NCBI GenBank assembly: GCA_018675975.1
Contig: JABGXB010000003.1
Location: 203,821-267,820 of the forward strand
Direction of reading: 5' to 3'
DNA from: Candidatus Woesearchaeota archaeon
GTDB taxonomy: Archaea; Nanobdellota; Nanobdellia; Woesearchaeales; JABGXB01
Length of the DNA: 64,000 bases
The notes beneath the pieces are model-generated. The model searched no databases and was not told where the DNA came from. It saw nothing but the letters and a program-made list of their open reading frames with translations. Positions 9,351 through 18,479 of the stretch are shown here, piece by piece (position 1 is the stretch's first letter; each line of letters opens with the position of its first letter). Position numbers and translations under genes: made by a program.

Positions 9351-11501
9351 TTAATTATGATTTAAATTTGATATTACATTATATATTAATTCAATATCAT
9401 TAAAATTGTAAAAAACAAACTCTAAAATTCTAGTTCTTGTAAATGTATTCTTCATTTTATTAATATAATAATAAAATATCATTATTTTAAATGCAGTTTC
9501 AACTTTTGGATATATTATAACTTTTAATTTATTAATTTCCATTTCAGGTATGAATTTTTTAGCAAGTTTACCATTAAACCTAGAATTATTTGCCAAATTA
9601 TACAATTGAATTAAAAAATGTTTATTTAATTTAGATTTTTTAATATGAGAAACCAATGCCTCTTCTTTAAGATGTTTATATTTTTCAAAGAATAATTTTA
9701 ATTCCAAATAATATTTTTGTAATTCACTAACTTTAAGACCCGATTCAACATGATCACCTTTAGTAATTTTTAATATATGTTTTGGATCGATTTTATCTTT
9801 TTCTAATTCTTTTATTTCAACTGAATTAACTTTAATATTTGAAACTAAACTATTTATTAATTTATTAAATTTCTTAGTCAATAATTCAAAAAATGGTAAT
9901 TTTCTTTTTTCTACATTAATTCTTGAAATATTTTTTTTATTTGAATTTTGTATTTCTATATAATCCTCACCAGAAAATTTAATTTCTTTAATTTGTATTT
10001 TATTATTAATATTTTTTTGCACATTTTGTTTAAATTTACCAACATTTTTTTCAAACTCATCTCTTTTATTACTAAAAAATGTTTCTAATAATAAATATGC
10101 AAAAATTACAAAAATTAATATTATTAATAATCTAGAAAATGATTTAGTTGATATATCAAACTCCGCATTTTTTTCAATAATAATAGCTTCAGTTTTTTTC
10201 TCTAAATCATTATTCGCAAAAAATCCAATTTGATATTTTTTCTCTTCAGTATTTAATTTAGTTATTTGAAAAATCGAATCATTAGATACAATACATTCAT
10301 TAATTTTTATTACAGAATTGCATTCATTTTTACACTGATAAAAAGAACCTTTTTTTGGACAAAAATGCCCATCATTATTTATCTCTAAACCAAAATTAAA
10401 TTCATGATCTAATTCATAAGAATTAATAAATTTTAAAACAATTTCTTTAGTTTCATTTGAAGTAAAATTAAGTTTATCATAATATATATTAAAATCATCA
10501 GACAATAAAAACAATGAATATGAACCAGGTTTTAAAGTATATAACCAGAATTTAGAAATATTATCAAAATGATTTTCTTCTTGATTTTCATTATTAACAA
10601 GTTTTAATGAAAATGGAATTTGACTTGGTTTTGATTGCAATTTCAATATAATATTTGAATCTAATATTTCAATATTTGGATCTGTTTCATCAAGATCTAA
10701 ATTCTCACTTTGATTTTTAATATTACTTTTCGTTTCATAATAATATTCTAATTTAAATGAATCTAAATAATCATTTAATACATCACTTAAAACCAAACTA
10801 ATATTTAATTTTAAATTTTCAAATTCTTTTAAATTATTTTTATCAATTTTATTATCGATTAAATTAAAAACACTTGATTTTCTATTAGATTCAATTAATA
10901 TTTTTTGATCTAAATTATAACCATCATCATTAATTATTGAAAAATTTATTATAAGACCATTATCATTAATAATATTAAAATCATCTAAACTAGGTCTTTG
11001 TTTAAGAGAACACATATTATTAATACAAATTTCATTACAATCAGAATTTGAAGAACAATATTTACCAATATTACATTCTTGACAATTACCTCCACAATCT
11101 ATATCAGATTCATCATTATTTTTTATTTCATCATAACAGCTTTCTTCAATATAAAGATCATAATTAATATTATTTAATCCAGGTTGTGCAATATCAATAG
11201 AAGGTTTACTTACTTTTAATCCATTCACATACCAATAAAATTGTTCTCCTGGTATAAAATAATTGTTTGGAGTATTATCATCAAAATTTTTAAAATTAAT
11301 TTTAGCAAAATAATTTGAATTATTATTTGAAAAATTATAAATAACTATATCATTTAAATCACGAATTTCAATATCAGAATAATTCAATAAGGCTGAACCA
11401 ATAAATATATTTCCTGAAAAAGTTTCAGGATTTGGTGGAAGAGCATTAACACTAAATAAACTTAAAACAATTACTAATAACAAAATATTATATTTCACCA
11501 A
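9351..11501 (-). CDS. Large hypothetical surface protein (signal peptide, Cys-rich module, single TM, cytoplasmic K-rich tail)
   Basis: Signal peptide MVKYNILLLVIVLSLFSVNA, Cys-rich cluster DCGGNCQECNIGKYCSSNSDCNEICINNMCS, a TM helix near residue 470 (LLIILIFVIFAYLLL), then a K/E-rich C-terminal region. Confidence 0.5.
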   Translation of the reverse strand: MVKYNILLLVIVLSLFSVNALPPNPETFSGNIFIGSALLNYSDIEIRDLNDIVIYNFSNNNSNYFAKINFKNFDDNTPNNYFIPGEQFYWYVNGLKVSKPSIDIAQPGLNNINYDLYIEESCYDEIKNNDESDIDCGGNCQECNIGKYCSSNSDCNEICINNMCSLKQRPSLDDFNIINDNGLIINFSIINDDGYNLDQKILIESNRKSSVFNLIDNKIDKNNLKEFENLKLNISLVLSDVLNDYLDSFKLEYYYETKSNIKNQSENLDLDETDPNIEILDSNIILKLQSKPSQIPFSLKLVNNENQEENHFDNISKFWLYTLKPGSYSLFLLSDDFNIYYDKLNFTSNETKEIVLKFINSYELDHEFNFGLEINNDGHFCPKKGSFYQCKNECNSVIKINECIVSNDSIFQITKLNTEEKKYQIGFFANNDLEKKTEAIIIEKNAEFDISTKSFSRLLIILIFVIFAYLLLETFFSNKRDEFEKNVGKFKQNVQKNINNKIQIKEIKFSGEDYIEIQNSNKKNISRINVEKRKLPFFELLTKKFNKLINSLVSNIKVNSVEIKELEKDKIDPKHILKITKGDHVESGLKVSELQKYYLELKLFFEKYKHLKEEALVSHIKKSKLNKHFLIQLYNLANNSRFNGKLAKKFIPEMEINKLKVIIYPKVETAFKIMIFYYYINKMKNTFTRTRILEFVFYNFNDIELIYNVISNLNHN

Positions 11502-11566
11502 AATACCCTTTTAATAGTTTAATTTATCGAGGATGAATTTATAAATATATCTTTTTAATACTAATT

Positions 11567-12577
11567 ATGAAAATAGGTTTTTTAATTTCAAAAAGAAATG
11601 TTAGTATGTCAGAATTTGAATTGTTTAATTTGCTCAATTATTTTAAATTAAATTATAAATTAATTAAAAAAATAAGAAATTTTTATATTTTTGAAATTGA
11701 AAATATTGAGAATAAAAATAATTTAATTAAAAAAAAATTAAAAAAAATTATTGAATTATCTGGTTTTATTAAAAAAATTGACTTAATATATGAATATTTT
11801 TCTAGTATTAAAAAAATTAAAACATTTGATTGGAATAATATAATAAAAAAAGAATATAAAATTAAAGCAATTAATATTAATAGAAAAAAAAAATCAACCA
11901 ATACTGAAAATAATCCTAAAATAATTAAATCTGCCATTGATTCAATATGGTATACATTAAATAATCCGAAAGTTAATATGAAATCAGATTTTACAATAAA
12001 TCTATATTATGATTACAAATATTATATATTTACAAATAATTTATATGAAAACTCAATTATAGAAAGTAAAATCAATAGCCCTCATTCAATTAAAGATTAT
12101 TTAACAAAATTTATGATTACTAGTAGTTTAAATGACATAAATAATAATCCTATTGATGTAAAAATAATGGATCCTTTTTGCGGTACAGGAAAAATAGTTT
12201 ATTTTTCAAAAAAATTAGGATTTAATGCAAAAGGATATGATATTGATAAAAAAATAATAAATACATCTAAAGAATTATATGGCAATCTTAATATTGAAAA
12301 TAAAAATTCATTTGAATTAAAAAAATTAAATAAATGTATTATTACAGATCCACCTTATTTTAAAAATACTAAAGGTGATATAAAAAATTATAAACAATTT
12401 TATTTTGATTTTTTAAAATTATTAAATAAAGATGAAGTGGAATCAATAGTATTTATTTTAATAAAAAACTTTAAATTAGATTTTAAATTATTAAATAAAT
12501 TTAAATTAGTAAAAAAAATTGAAATATTTATACATAAAAGCATGATAAGAGTTTTATATATTTTTAAAAAGAAATAA
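11567..12577 (+). CDS. Putative SAM-dependent RNA methyltransferase (Trm11 / Trm-G10 / UPF0020-like)
   Basis: Motif I DPFCGTGKIV precedes motif IV ITDPPYF (gamma-class order, as in tRNA m2G and HemK-like methyltransferases). The N-terminal ~190 aa could be a THUMP-like domain. Confidence 0.5.
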   Translation: MKIGFLISKRNVSMSEFELFNLLNYFKLNYKLIKKIRNFYIFEIENIENKNNLIKKKLKKIIELSGFIKKIDLIYEYFSSIKKIKTFDWNNIIKKEYKIKAININRKKKSTNTENNPKIIKSAIDSIWYTLNNPKVNMKSDFTINLYYDYKYYIFTNNLYENSIIESKINSPHSIKDYLTKFMITSSLNDINNNPIDVKIMDPFCGTGKIVYFSKKLGFNAKGYDIDKKIINTSKELYGNLNIENKNSFELKKLNKCIITDPPYFKNTKGDIKNYKQFYFDFLKLLNKDEVESIVFILIKNFKLDFKLLNKFKLVKKIEIFIHKSMIRVLYIFKKK

Positions 12578-12581
12578 TAAA

Positions 12582-13124
12582 TTAAAATTTATTTTTTTGT
12601 AATCCAATTAAATAACTAAAATAATTAAATAAATAATGGAATATAGGTATTATTATTAAAATTAAAATAATATGATTTATTGTCAAATTTGTAAATGAAT
12701 AAGTCAATACTAATAATCCAATCACCCAATCTGTTTGATCAAAAAAATGTAATGGTTTTCCTGGTTTTATATTTAATCTTCTTTTAAAAAATGATTCAAT
12801 TGCATCACCTAAAATAACTCCTAAACCACCTACAATACCATAAAATAATGGGCTGTATAAATTAAAATCAAATAATAAATAATCACTTAATTTAGTTTTA
12901 AAGTTAAATAATATATACATACAAATTATACCAAATACAATCCCAAAAAAAGCACCACGAAAGGTTTTATTATTTCCAAAAATTCTTTTATTATTTAATT
13001 TAATATTAAAATCCAAAGGATATTCCAAAAATTTAAATTTAAATAATCTAGATAAACTTGCAAAAATATTTACAAAAGCAAAAGGAAGAATAAAAATAAA
13101 TATTTCAATTAAAATTTTATTCAT
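12582..13124 (-). CDS. carS: CDP-archaeol synthase
   Basis: Multi-TM 180 aa protein with GNNKTFRG and DAIESFFKRRLNIKPG motifs, matching the CarS (DUF46) signature GKTxEG...SFxKRR. Confidence 0.7.
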   Translation of the reverse strand: MNKILIEIFIFILPFAFVNIFASLSRLFKFKFLEYPLDFNIKLNNKRIFGNNKTFRGAFFGIVFGIICMYILFNFKTKLSDYLLFDFNLYSPLFYGIVGGLGVILGDAIESFFKRRLNIKPGKPLHFFDQTDWVIGLLVLTYSFTNLTINHIILILIIIPIFHYLFNYFSYLIGLQKNKF

Positions 13125-13132
13125 TTTGTATT

Positions 13133-13786
13133 TTATGGTTTTTTAATTTTTATTGGTGAAATCATCAATATTCCAAAAATTACTAAAATAGGTGTCCACA
13201 ATAATGCATTTAATTTAAAATAAAATATAATTACAATTAAAAATGCTGAAAGTGTCGTTGGTAAACCTATATAATATCCTTCAAATTCATTAACATTAAA
13301 TTTAGCAAGTCTCATCACACCACACGCTATATATAATAAACCAGCCCCAATTAATAATGAATTATGAATACCTAACATCAAATAAGAATACATTAAAATA
13401 AGTGTTACTGGAGCAATTACAAATGAAATTAAATCTGATAAACTATCTAATTCTTTTCCAAGCAAAGACTCCTTTGAAAAATATCTTGCAGTTCTCCCAT
13501 CAACAATATCTAAAGCAATTGAAAATAAAATAAAAACTATTGCATATTCTAAATATAATAATTTACTAGTTATTGCAGTTTGAAATGCCATAAAAATTGC
13601 ACCAAATCCTGAAAGTCCACTTATTATTGTAATTAAATCTATTAATTTAAATTTATTTGAACAAATTAATTTATCAGTTTTATTTATTATTTTAAAATTT
13701 TCTGATTTTTTTTGAATTTTGTTCTTTACATTACCTTTAACTTTAAATTTTTTCTTTTTTGAACTACCTAAATGAACAGTTGCCAT
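13133..13786 (-). CDS. CDP-alcohol phosphatidyltransferase (archaetidylserine or archaetidylinositol-phosphate synthase type)
   Basis: Signature D-x2-DG-x2-AR-x8-G-x3-D-x3-D is present as DIVDGRTARYFSKESLLGKELDSLSD. Polytopic membrane protein. Confidence 0.75.
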   Translation of the reverse strand: MATVHLGSSKKKKFKVKGNVKNKIQKKSENFKIINKTDKLICSNKFKLIDLITIISGLSGFGAIFMAFQTAITSKLLYLEYAIVFILFSIALDIVDGRTARYFSKESLLGKELDSLSDLISFVIAPVTLILMYSYLMLGIHNSLLIGAGLLYIACGVMRLAKFNVNEFEGYYIGLPTTLSAFLIVIIFYFKLNALLWTPILVIFGILMISPIKIKKP

Positions 13787-13944
13787 AATTAAAAATAAAT
13801 TTTATGATATATAAATTATTATGATTATATTTTTAATTATATGATCTATAAAATAGATTATTATGTAATAATTAAAAATAAAAAATATTAATTCATTGAG
13901 CATATGTTTATAAATGAGACAAAAATCTTTCAAATATTAAGTTT

Positions 13945-14019
13945 GGGGCTATAGTGTAGCTTGGTCCATCATGTGTGGTTTGGGACCATACGACCCCGGT
14001 TCAAATCCGGGTAGCCCCA
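13945..14019 (+). tRNA. tRNA-Pro (TGG), anticodon assignment tentative
   Basis: Acceptor GGGGCUA/UAGCCCC, T-arm CCCGG-UUCAAAU-CCGGG, anticodon stem UGUGG/CCAUA with loop UUUGGGA. The D-arm AGCUUGGUC resembles archaeal tRNA-Pro. Length 75 nt. My hand fold of the D-stem is imperfect. Confidence 0.7.
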
Positions 14020-14062
14020 TATTAATCTAAAACTTTTTAAAGAGTAGGATAATTGGTAAAAT

Positions 14063-14281
14063 ATGGCAAAAAAAAAAACTGGAATTTCAAAAACCTATGG
14101 AGGAAGATATGGTAAAACTAATCTTGCTAAAATTGATTTATTAGCTAAAAAAAGAAAAGAAAGTTCAAAATGTCCAAGTTGTTTATCAGACACTGTAAAA
14201 AGAGAAGCTCTAGGTATTTGGGTTTGTAAAAAATGCAATACAAAATTTGCGTCTAGAGCATTTGAAACATCAATAAATTAA
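14063..14281 (+). CDS. rpl37ae: Ribosomal protein L37ae (eL43)
   Basis: 72 aa. KTGISKTYGGRYG and a C4 zinc ribbon (CPSC...CKKC), classic eL43. Confidence 0.85.
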   Translation: MAKKKTGISKTYGGRYGKTNLAKIDLLAKKRKESSKCPSCLSDTVKREALGIWVCKKCNTKFASRAFETSIN

Positions 14282-14282
14282 A

Positions 14283-14420
14283 ATGGCTATATATATTTGT
14301 ATGAATTGTAAAAAGGAGACGGATTCTTCTTTAATGAAAAGAAAAATGAGTTGTAAATATTGTGCTCACAAAATCTTAGGTAAAAAAAGAACTATTGTTT
14401 CAAAATTGAAAGCGAGATGA
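14283..14420 (+). CDS. rpoP: DNA-directed RNA polymerase subunit P (Rpo12/RpoP), not in the ORF track because it is under 60 aa
   Basis: Manual translation gives MAIYICMNCKKETDSSLMKRKMSCKYCAHKILGKKRTIVSKLKAR (45 aa) with a CxxC...CxxC zinc ribbon. Its stop overlaps the next start (ATGA). Position between L37ae and Pcc1 matches the conserved archaeal gene order. Confidence 0.6.
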   Translation: MAIYICMNCKKETDSSLMKRKMSCKYCAHKILGKKRTIVSKLKAR

Positions 14421-14653
14421 AGTATAAAGTTAATTTAATAATACCTTTTGCAATAAAAAATATTATTGAGCCCGAGATATTAGATTATAAAAAAAACTTC
14501 AAAAGGGTTGAAGTTAATTTTTTGAAAGAAGATCCATTAGAAATTGAAATTAAAGCTTCAGATTCAGTAAGTTTAAGAGCAGTTTTGAATACAATATCAA
14601 AATTATGCACAATATATGAAAAAAGTTTAGATTTGGTAAATAAAAATGAATGA
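14417..14653 (+). CDS. pcc1: KEOPS complex subunit Pcc1
   Basis: 78 aa. LEIEIKASDSVSLRAVLNTISKLCTIYEKSL parallels the Pcc1 consensus (EIEAEDLNALRASINSYLRW). Lies in the conserved L37ae-RpoP-Pcc1-prefoldin neighbourhood. Confidence 0.55.
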   Translation: MKYKVNLIIPFAIKNIIEPEILDYKKNFKRVEVNFLKEDPLEIEIKASDSVSLRAVLNTISKLCTIYEKSLDLVNKNE

Positions 14654-14978
14654 ACAATTACAAAAAGAAATTTCAAAATTACAGTTTTTAGAACAAAATT
14701 ATAATCAATTAATGTTGAGAAAACAAAATTTAAATATAAAATTAAATGAAATTAGTAATGCAAAGAATCAATTAGGAACTTCTGATGAATCATATACAGT
14801 AATTGGAAATATTATGATAAAAAAATCTAAAGAAGAATTAATTAGTGAATTAGAAAATAAAGAAAAAACATTTTCAAGTCAAGTTGAAACTATTTCAAAA
14901 CAAGAAAAAGATCTGTTTGAAAAAAAAGGTCAAATGCAAAAAGAATTATTCGAGAGAATAAAAGAAGAAAATAAATAA
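14646..14978 (+). CDS. pfdB: Prefoldin beta subunit
   Basis: 110 aa coiled-coil/beta-hairpin/coiled-coil pattern (QFLEQNYNQL ... ESYTVIGNIMIKKSKEELISEL ...). Follows Pcc1 as in the conserved archaeal cluster. Confidence 0.7.
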   Translation: MNEQLQKEISKLQFLEQNYNQLMLRKQNLNIKLNEISNAKNQLGTSDESYTVIGNIMIKKSKEELISELENKEKTFSSQVETISKQEKDLFEKKGQMQKELFERIKEENK

Positions 14979-14979
14979 A

Positions 14980-15225
14980 ATGAGTTCAGAATTTCAACCA
15001 CTTATAGATCATATTAATTCAATCATAGTAGAAAAAACTACATCAAAAGGAGTTCGTGAAAAATTAAAAGTTGTTTTAGAAATTCTAAAAGACGAAACTG
15101 AATCAGATGTAGCAATAAATAAATCACTTGCAATATTAGAAGAATTTGAATCTGATCCAAATATAGATTCATATACGAGAACTCAAATATATAGTATAGT
15201 ATCTGTTCTTGGTCAATTCGAATAA
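14980..15225 (+). CDS. UPF0147-family small helical protein (often linked to prefoldin in archaea)
   Basis: 81 aa, helical, adjacent to the prefoldin-beta stop (14978/14980). The sequence pattern is compatible with UPF0147. Confidence 0.45.
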   Translation: MSSEFQPLIDHINSIIVEKTTSKGVREKLKVVLEILKDETESDVAINKSLAILEEFESDPNIDSYTRTQIYSIVSVLGQFE

Positions 15226-15509
15226 AATTCAAAATTCTCACAATTATTTAATGCCATTAAAGTAATATTTTTATTTAAATAAAATCCATTTATTTTTTCA
15301 TTAAGTTTTAATTTAATATTAGTATTTAATGTAATATAATAATTATCAACTTTAATTAACGTTCCAAATAAAATTAATTTGCCTTTTTCAACTTTATTTA
15401 TTTCAATTTCATTAAAAAACAAAAAAACTATTAAAAATATTATTCCAATTATAAAAACAAATTTTGATATTAAAATTAAATGATTTTCATTCATAATATC
15501 ATTAAACAA
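15213..15509 (-). CDS. Small hypothetical membrane protein
   Basis: 98 aa with a single N-terminal TM (FVFIIGIIFLIVFLFF). It may not be a real gene. Confidence 0.3.
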   Translation of the reverse strand: MFNDIMNENHLILISKFVFIIGIIFLIVFLFFNEIEINKVEKGKLILFGTLIKVDNYYITLNTNIKLKLNEKINGFYLNKNITLMALNNCENFEFYSN

Positions 15510-15617
15510 TTTATTTTTATTAAAAAGAATAAAATAATATTGAATATATTTTAATTAAATCGAAATATTTTCATTATTATTAAATAATTTTTTAAAGCAC
15601 AAACTAATAAAAATAAT

Positions 15618-16715
15618 ATGGGTTTATTTAGTCATTTATTTGGATTTGATAATAATAAAAGTGCATATAGATTAGCATTAAACCATCTTAATTCTGAAAT
15701 TCAATATATAAAACATAGTTTAGAAAATTATATAGAAAAATATCCCGAAAAACTAAAATTAATTAATAATAAACAATGGAATTTATTAATTAAATTTATT
15801 GATGACGAAATTAATAATTTTGGAAGAAATCAAAAAAATATATTAAGTGCCATTAATAAATCTAGAAAAGATTTGTTTTCTCAAAGTCATCTAGATTATA
15901 TTGAAGAAGAATATGGTCAAAAAGAAAAAGAAGAATTAGAAAAATTATTATTATCATTAAAAAAATTACACATTAATTTAATTTCTCAATTAGATTGGTT
16001 AAATACAAATAATCAAAAAAAATTATCAGATAAGGAAATATTAAAAATAAAACTTTTAGTTAAAGAAGAAGGAAATTTAATTTATAATTTGTCACATACA
16101 CAATGTGAAACCTTATTAAAAAACACAAATGAAATTTTATTATTAGAAGAATTGAAACAAAAATTAGAACACATATCGTCTTTACTTCCAGAAGAGCGAG
16201 CTAATGCATACAAAGAATTTTTAAAATCTAAAAATAAAGAATCCATTCAATTTATCATTTCCAATAGAAAAGAAATATCACAAAAAAGAAAAATAATATT
16301 AAACAAAATTGAAGAAGCCTTAATTAGTTTTCAAAAAAAATATTCCTTTGTAAAAGGATTAATTTTATTTGGAAGTTTTACAAGGGGAAAGGCTAGTCCA
16401 AATGATATTGATTTTTTTCTTGTAATAGACTATAAACAAGGAAATTTCCATTATAAAATAGAAGAAAATAAAAAAACTTTGAATAATTTATCAATAGAAA
16501 TGGCAGAATGTATTACTAAATATACAAATATTCCATCTGAAACTAATAAATATACAAATCCACCTTTAAACCCAGTTGATTGTAGTAATGAAAAAGTATT
16601 ATTTAAAACAATTCAAAATCATATTAAAAATATTTATTGGCATTTTATTGGTGATGAATCTATAAAATATAAAATAAAGGGCATTCTTAAACAATTAAAA
16701 GAAAAAATTGAATAA
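15618..16715 (+). CDS. Protein with an N-terminal helical/coiled-coil region and a C-terminal pol-beta-type nucleotidyltransferase domain
   Basis: The C-terminal motif LILFGSFTRGKASPNDIDFFLVIDY (GS-x9-DxD) is the minimal nucleotidyltransferase signature. It is preceded by ~230 aa of K/E-rich helices. Confidence 0.5.
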   Translation: MGLFSHLFGFDNNKSAYRLALNHLNSEIQYIKHSLENYIEKYPEKLKLINNKQWNLLIKFIDDEINNFGRNQKNILSAINKSRKDLFSQSHLDYIEEEYGQKEKEELEKLLLSLKKLHINLISQLDWLNTNNQKKLSDKEILKIKLLVKEEGNLIYNLSHTQCETLLKNTNEILLLEELKQKLEHISSLLPEERANAYKEFLKSKNKESIQFIISNRKEISQKRKIILNKIEEALISFQKKYSFVKGLILFGSFTRGKASPNDIDFFLVIDYKQGNFHYKIEENKKTLNNLSIEMAECITKYTNIPSETNKYTNPPLNPVDCSNEKVLFKTIQNHIKNIYWHFIGDESIKYKIKGILKQLKEKIE

Positions 16716-16766
16716 AAAACACTTATTTTTGAAAAAAATTATAAAACAAATTAAATTTTTAATCTT

Positions 16767-17918
16767 ATGGCAATAGTTGTAAAAGGTAAAAAAAAGAAAG
16801 AAGAAGGAGAAAAATCAGTAAAAGAAAAACTTTCTTCAGAGGATGAAATTAAAGAATTAGAGACTAAAATATCTAAAACTAAATATAATAAAAAAACTCA
16901 ATTTGCAATTGGCCAAATGAAAGCTAAACTTGCAAAACTTAAAGAAAAACAAGCGTCTAGAAGTAGTGGGAAAGGAGGACATGGCTTTTCTGTTAAAAAA
17001 AGTGGAGATGGAACTGTTGCACTATTAGGTTTTCCTTCAGTGGGTAAATCTACATTAATGAATAAATTAACTGGATCAAAAAGTTCTACAGGATCATATG
17101 CATTTACTACATTAGATGTAATTCCATCATTATTAAAACATAGGGGTGCACAAATTCAAATTTTAGACATTCCTGGAATTGTAAAAGGTGCAGCTAGCGG
17201 TTCAGGAAGAGGTCGAGAAGTTTTAGCGGCACTTAGAAGCGCAGATTTAATATTAATTTTATTAGATGTATTACATCTAAATCATTTAAAAGTTCTTAAA
17301 AAAGAAATATTTGAAGCAGGTATTCGTGAAAATAAAATAAAACCTGATGTAAAATTAATGAAAAAAGATAAAGGTGGAGTTAATATTGCTACCACAGTAA
17401 AATTAACAAAAATTAATAATGATACAATAAAAATAATATTAAAAGAATTTGGTTATGTTAATGCAGATATAGTCATTCGAGATAATATTGATTCGGATGA
17501 TTTAATTGATGTTATTAATGGAAATAGAGTATATACAAAATCAATGATTGTAATAAATAAAGCAGATTTAATTGATGTGAAAAAATTAAATAATTTAAAA
17601 AAAGAAATTAATGCATCAATCGCAGTTAGTGCTGAAACAGGATATCATATAGATAAATTAAAAGATCATTTATTTGATAAATTAGAATTCATAAAAATTT
17701 ATTGTAAAGAAAAAGGCAAAGAAGCAGACATGAGTGAGCCATTAATTTTACTTAAAGGCTCTACAGTAAAAGAAATGTGTATCAAATTACACAAAGATTT
17801 TCTAAAAAAATTTAGATTTGCAAAAATATGGGGACCAAGCTCTAAATTTCCAGGCCAAACAAAAATGTTAGAACATAAATTAATGGATAATGATATTGTA
17901 GAAATTTCAACTAATTAG
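16767..17918 (+). CDS. drg: Developmentally regulated GTP-binding protein (DRG/Obg-like GTPase with a C-terminal TGS domain)
   Basis: G1 GFPSVGKST, G2/G3 FTTLDV...DIPGIV, the Obg-type segment and a C-terminal TGS-like region (KPDVKLMKKDKGGVNIATT...). Confidence 0.8.
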   Translation: MAIVVKGKKKKEEGEKSVKEKLSSEDEIKELETKISKTKYNKKTQFAIGQMKAKLAKLKEKQASRSSGKGGHGFSVKKSGDGTVALLGFPSVGKSTLMNKLTGSKSSTGSYAFTTLDVIPSLLKHRGAQIQILDIPGIVKGAASGSGRGREVLAALRSADLILILLDVLHLNHLKVLKKEIFEAGIRENKIKPDVKLMKKDKGGVNIATTVKLTKINNDTIKIILKEFGYVNADIVIRDNIDSDDLIDVINGNRVYTKSMIVINKADLIDVKKLNNLKKEINASIAVSAETGYHIDKLKDHLFDKLEFIKIYCKEKGKEADMSEPLILLKGSTVKEMCIKLHKDFLKKFRFAKIWGPSSKFPGQTKMLEHKLMDNDIVEISTN

Positions 17919-18038
17919 AACTCCGAAATACATATTAAACAATATGTAAAAAAGATCCAAAAATTAAAAAAATAATATTTATTATTTTCTTATTTTTCTC
18001 GTTATATTTATAAAAGAACATAAATTCTCAATAATATA

Positions 18039-18467
18039 ATGGTAGAATTAAAAATAGTAATAGCTGACCAGAAGGAAGGTCGGTCATATCAAAAAGTAAT
18101 TACTGAAGACGATTCTAAGAATCTATATGGTAAAAAAATAAAAGATACTTTTAATGGAGAAATGATTGACTTACCTGGCTATGAATTAAAAATTACTGGT
18201 GGAAGTGACATTAGTGGATTTCCTATGAGATGGGATATCGATATGAGCGGAAAACGAAAAATTTTAGCAGTTTCAGGAGTTGGTTTAAAACTAACAAGAA
18301 AAGGTATGAAAAAAAGAAAAACTGTTTCAGGAAATACAATTTATGATAAAATTTCACAAATTAATGTAATTCCAGTTAAATTTGGAGATAAAAGTTTAAA
18401 AGATATTTTTGGTGCTAAAGAAGAAGCAACAGAAGCTAAATCTGAAACTCCAGAGAAAACAGAATAG
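18039..18467 (+). CDS. rps6e: Ribosomal protein S6e
   Basis: MVELKIVIADQKEGRSYQ..., GYELKITGGSDISGFPMR and KRKILAVSGVG are typical eS6. Confidence 0.85.
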   Translation: MVELKIVIADQKEGRSYQKVITEDDSKNLYGKKIKDTFNGEMIDLPGYELKITGGSDISGFPMRWDIDMSGKRKILAVSGVGLKLTRKGMKKRKTVSGNTIYDKISQINVIPVKFGDKSLKDIFGAKEEATEAKSETPEKTE

Positions 18468-18479
18468 AGGTTTTTTAAT

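Noticed and set aside
15618-16715. Interpretation of the C-terminal nucleotidyltransferase protein as a CBASS-type CD-NTase
   Set aside because: The nucleotidyltransferase core is at the C-terminus after a long coiled coil, and no effector, Cap or HORMA-like genes are adjacent. The domain order does not fit CD-NTases.
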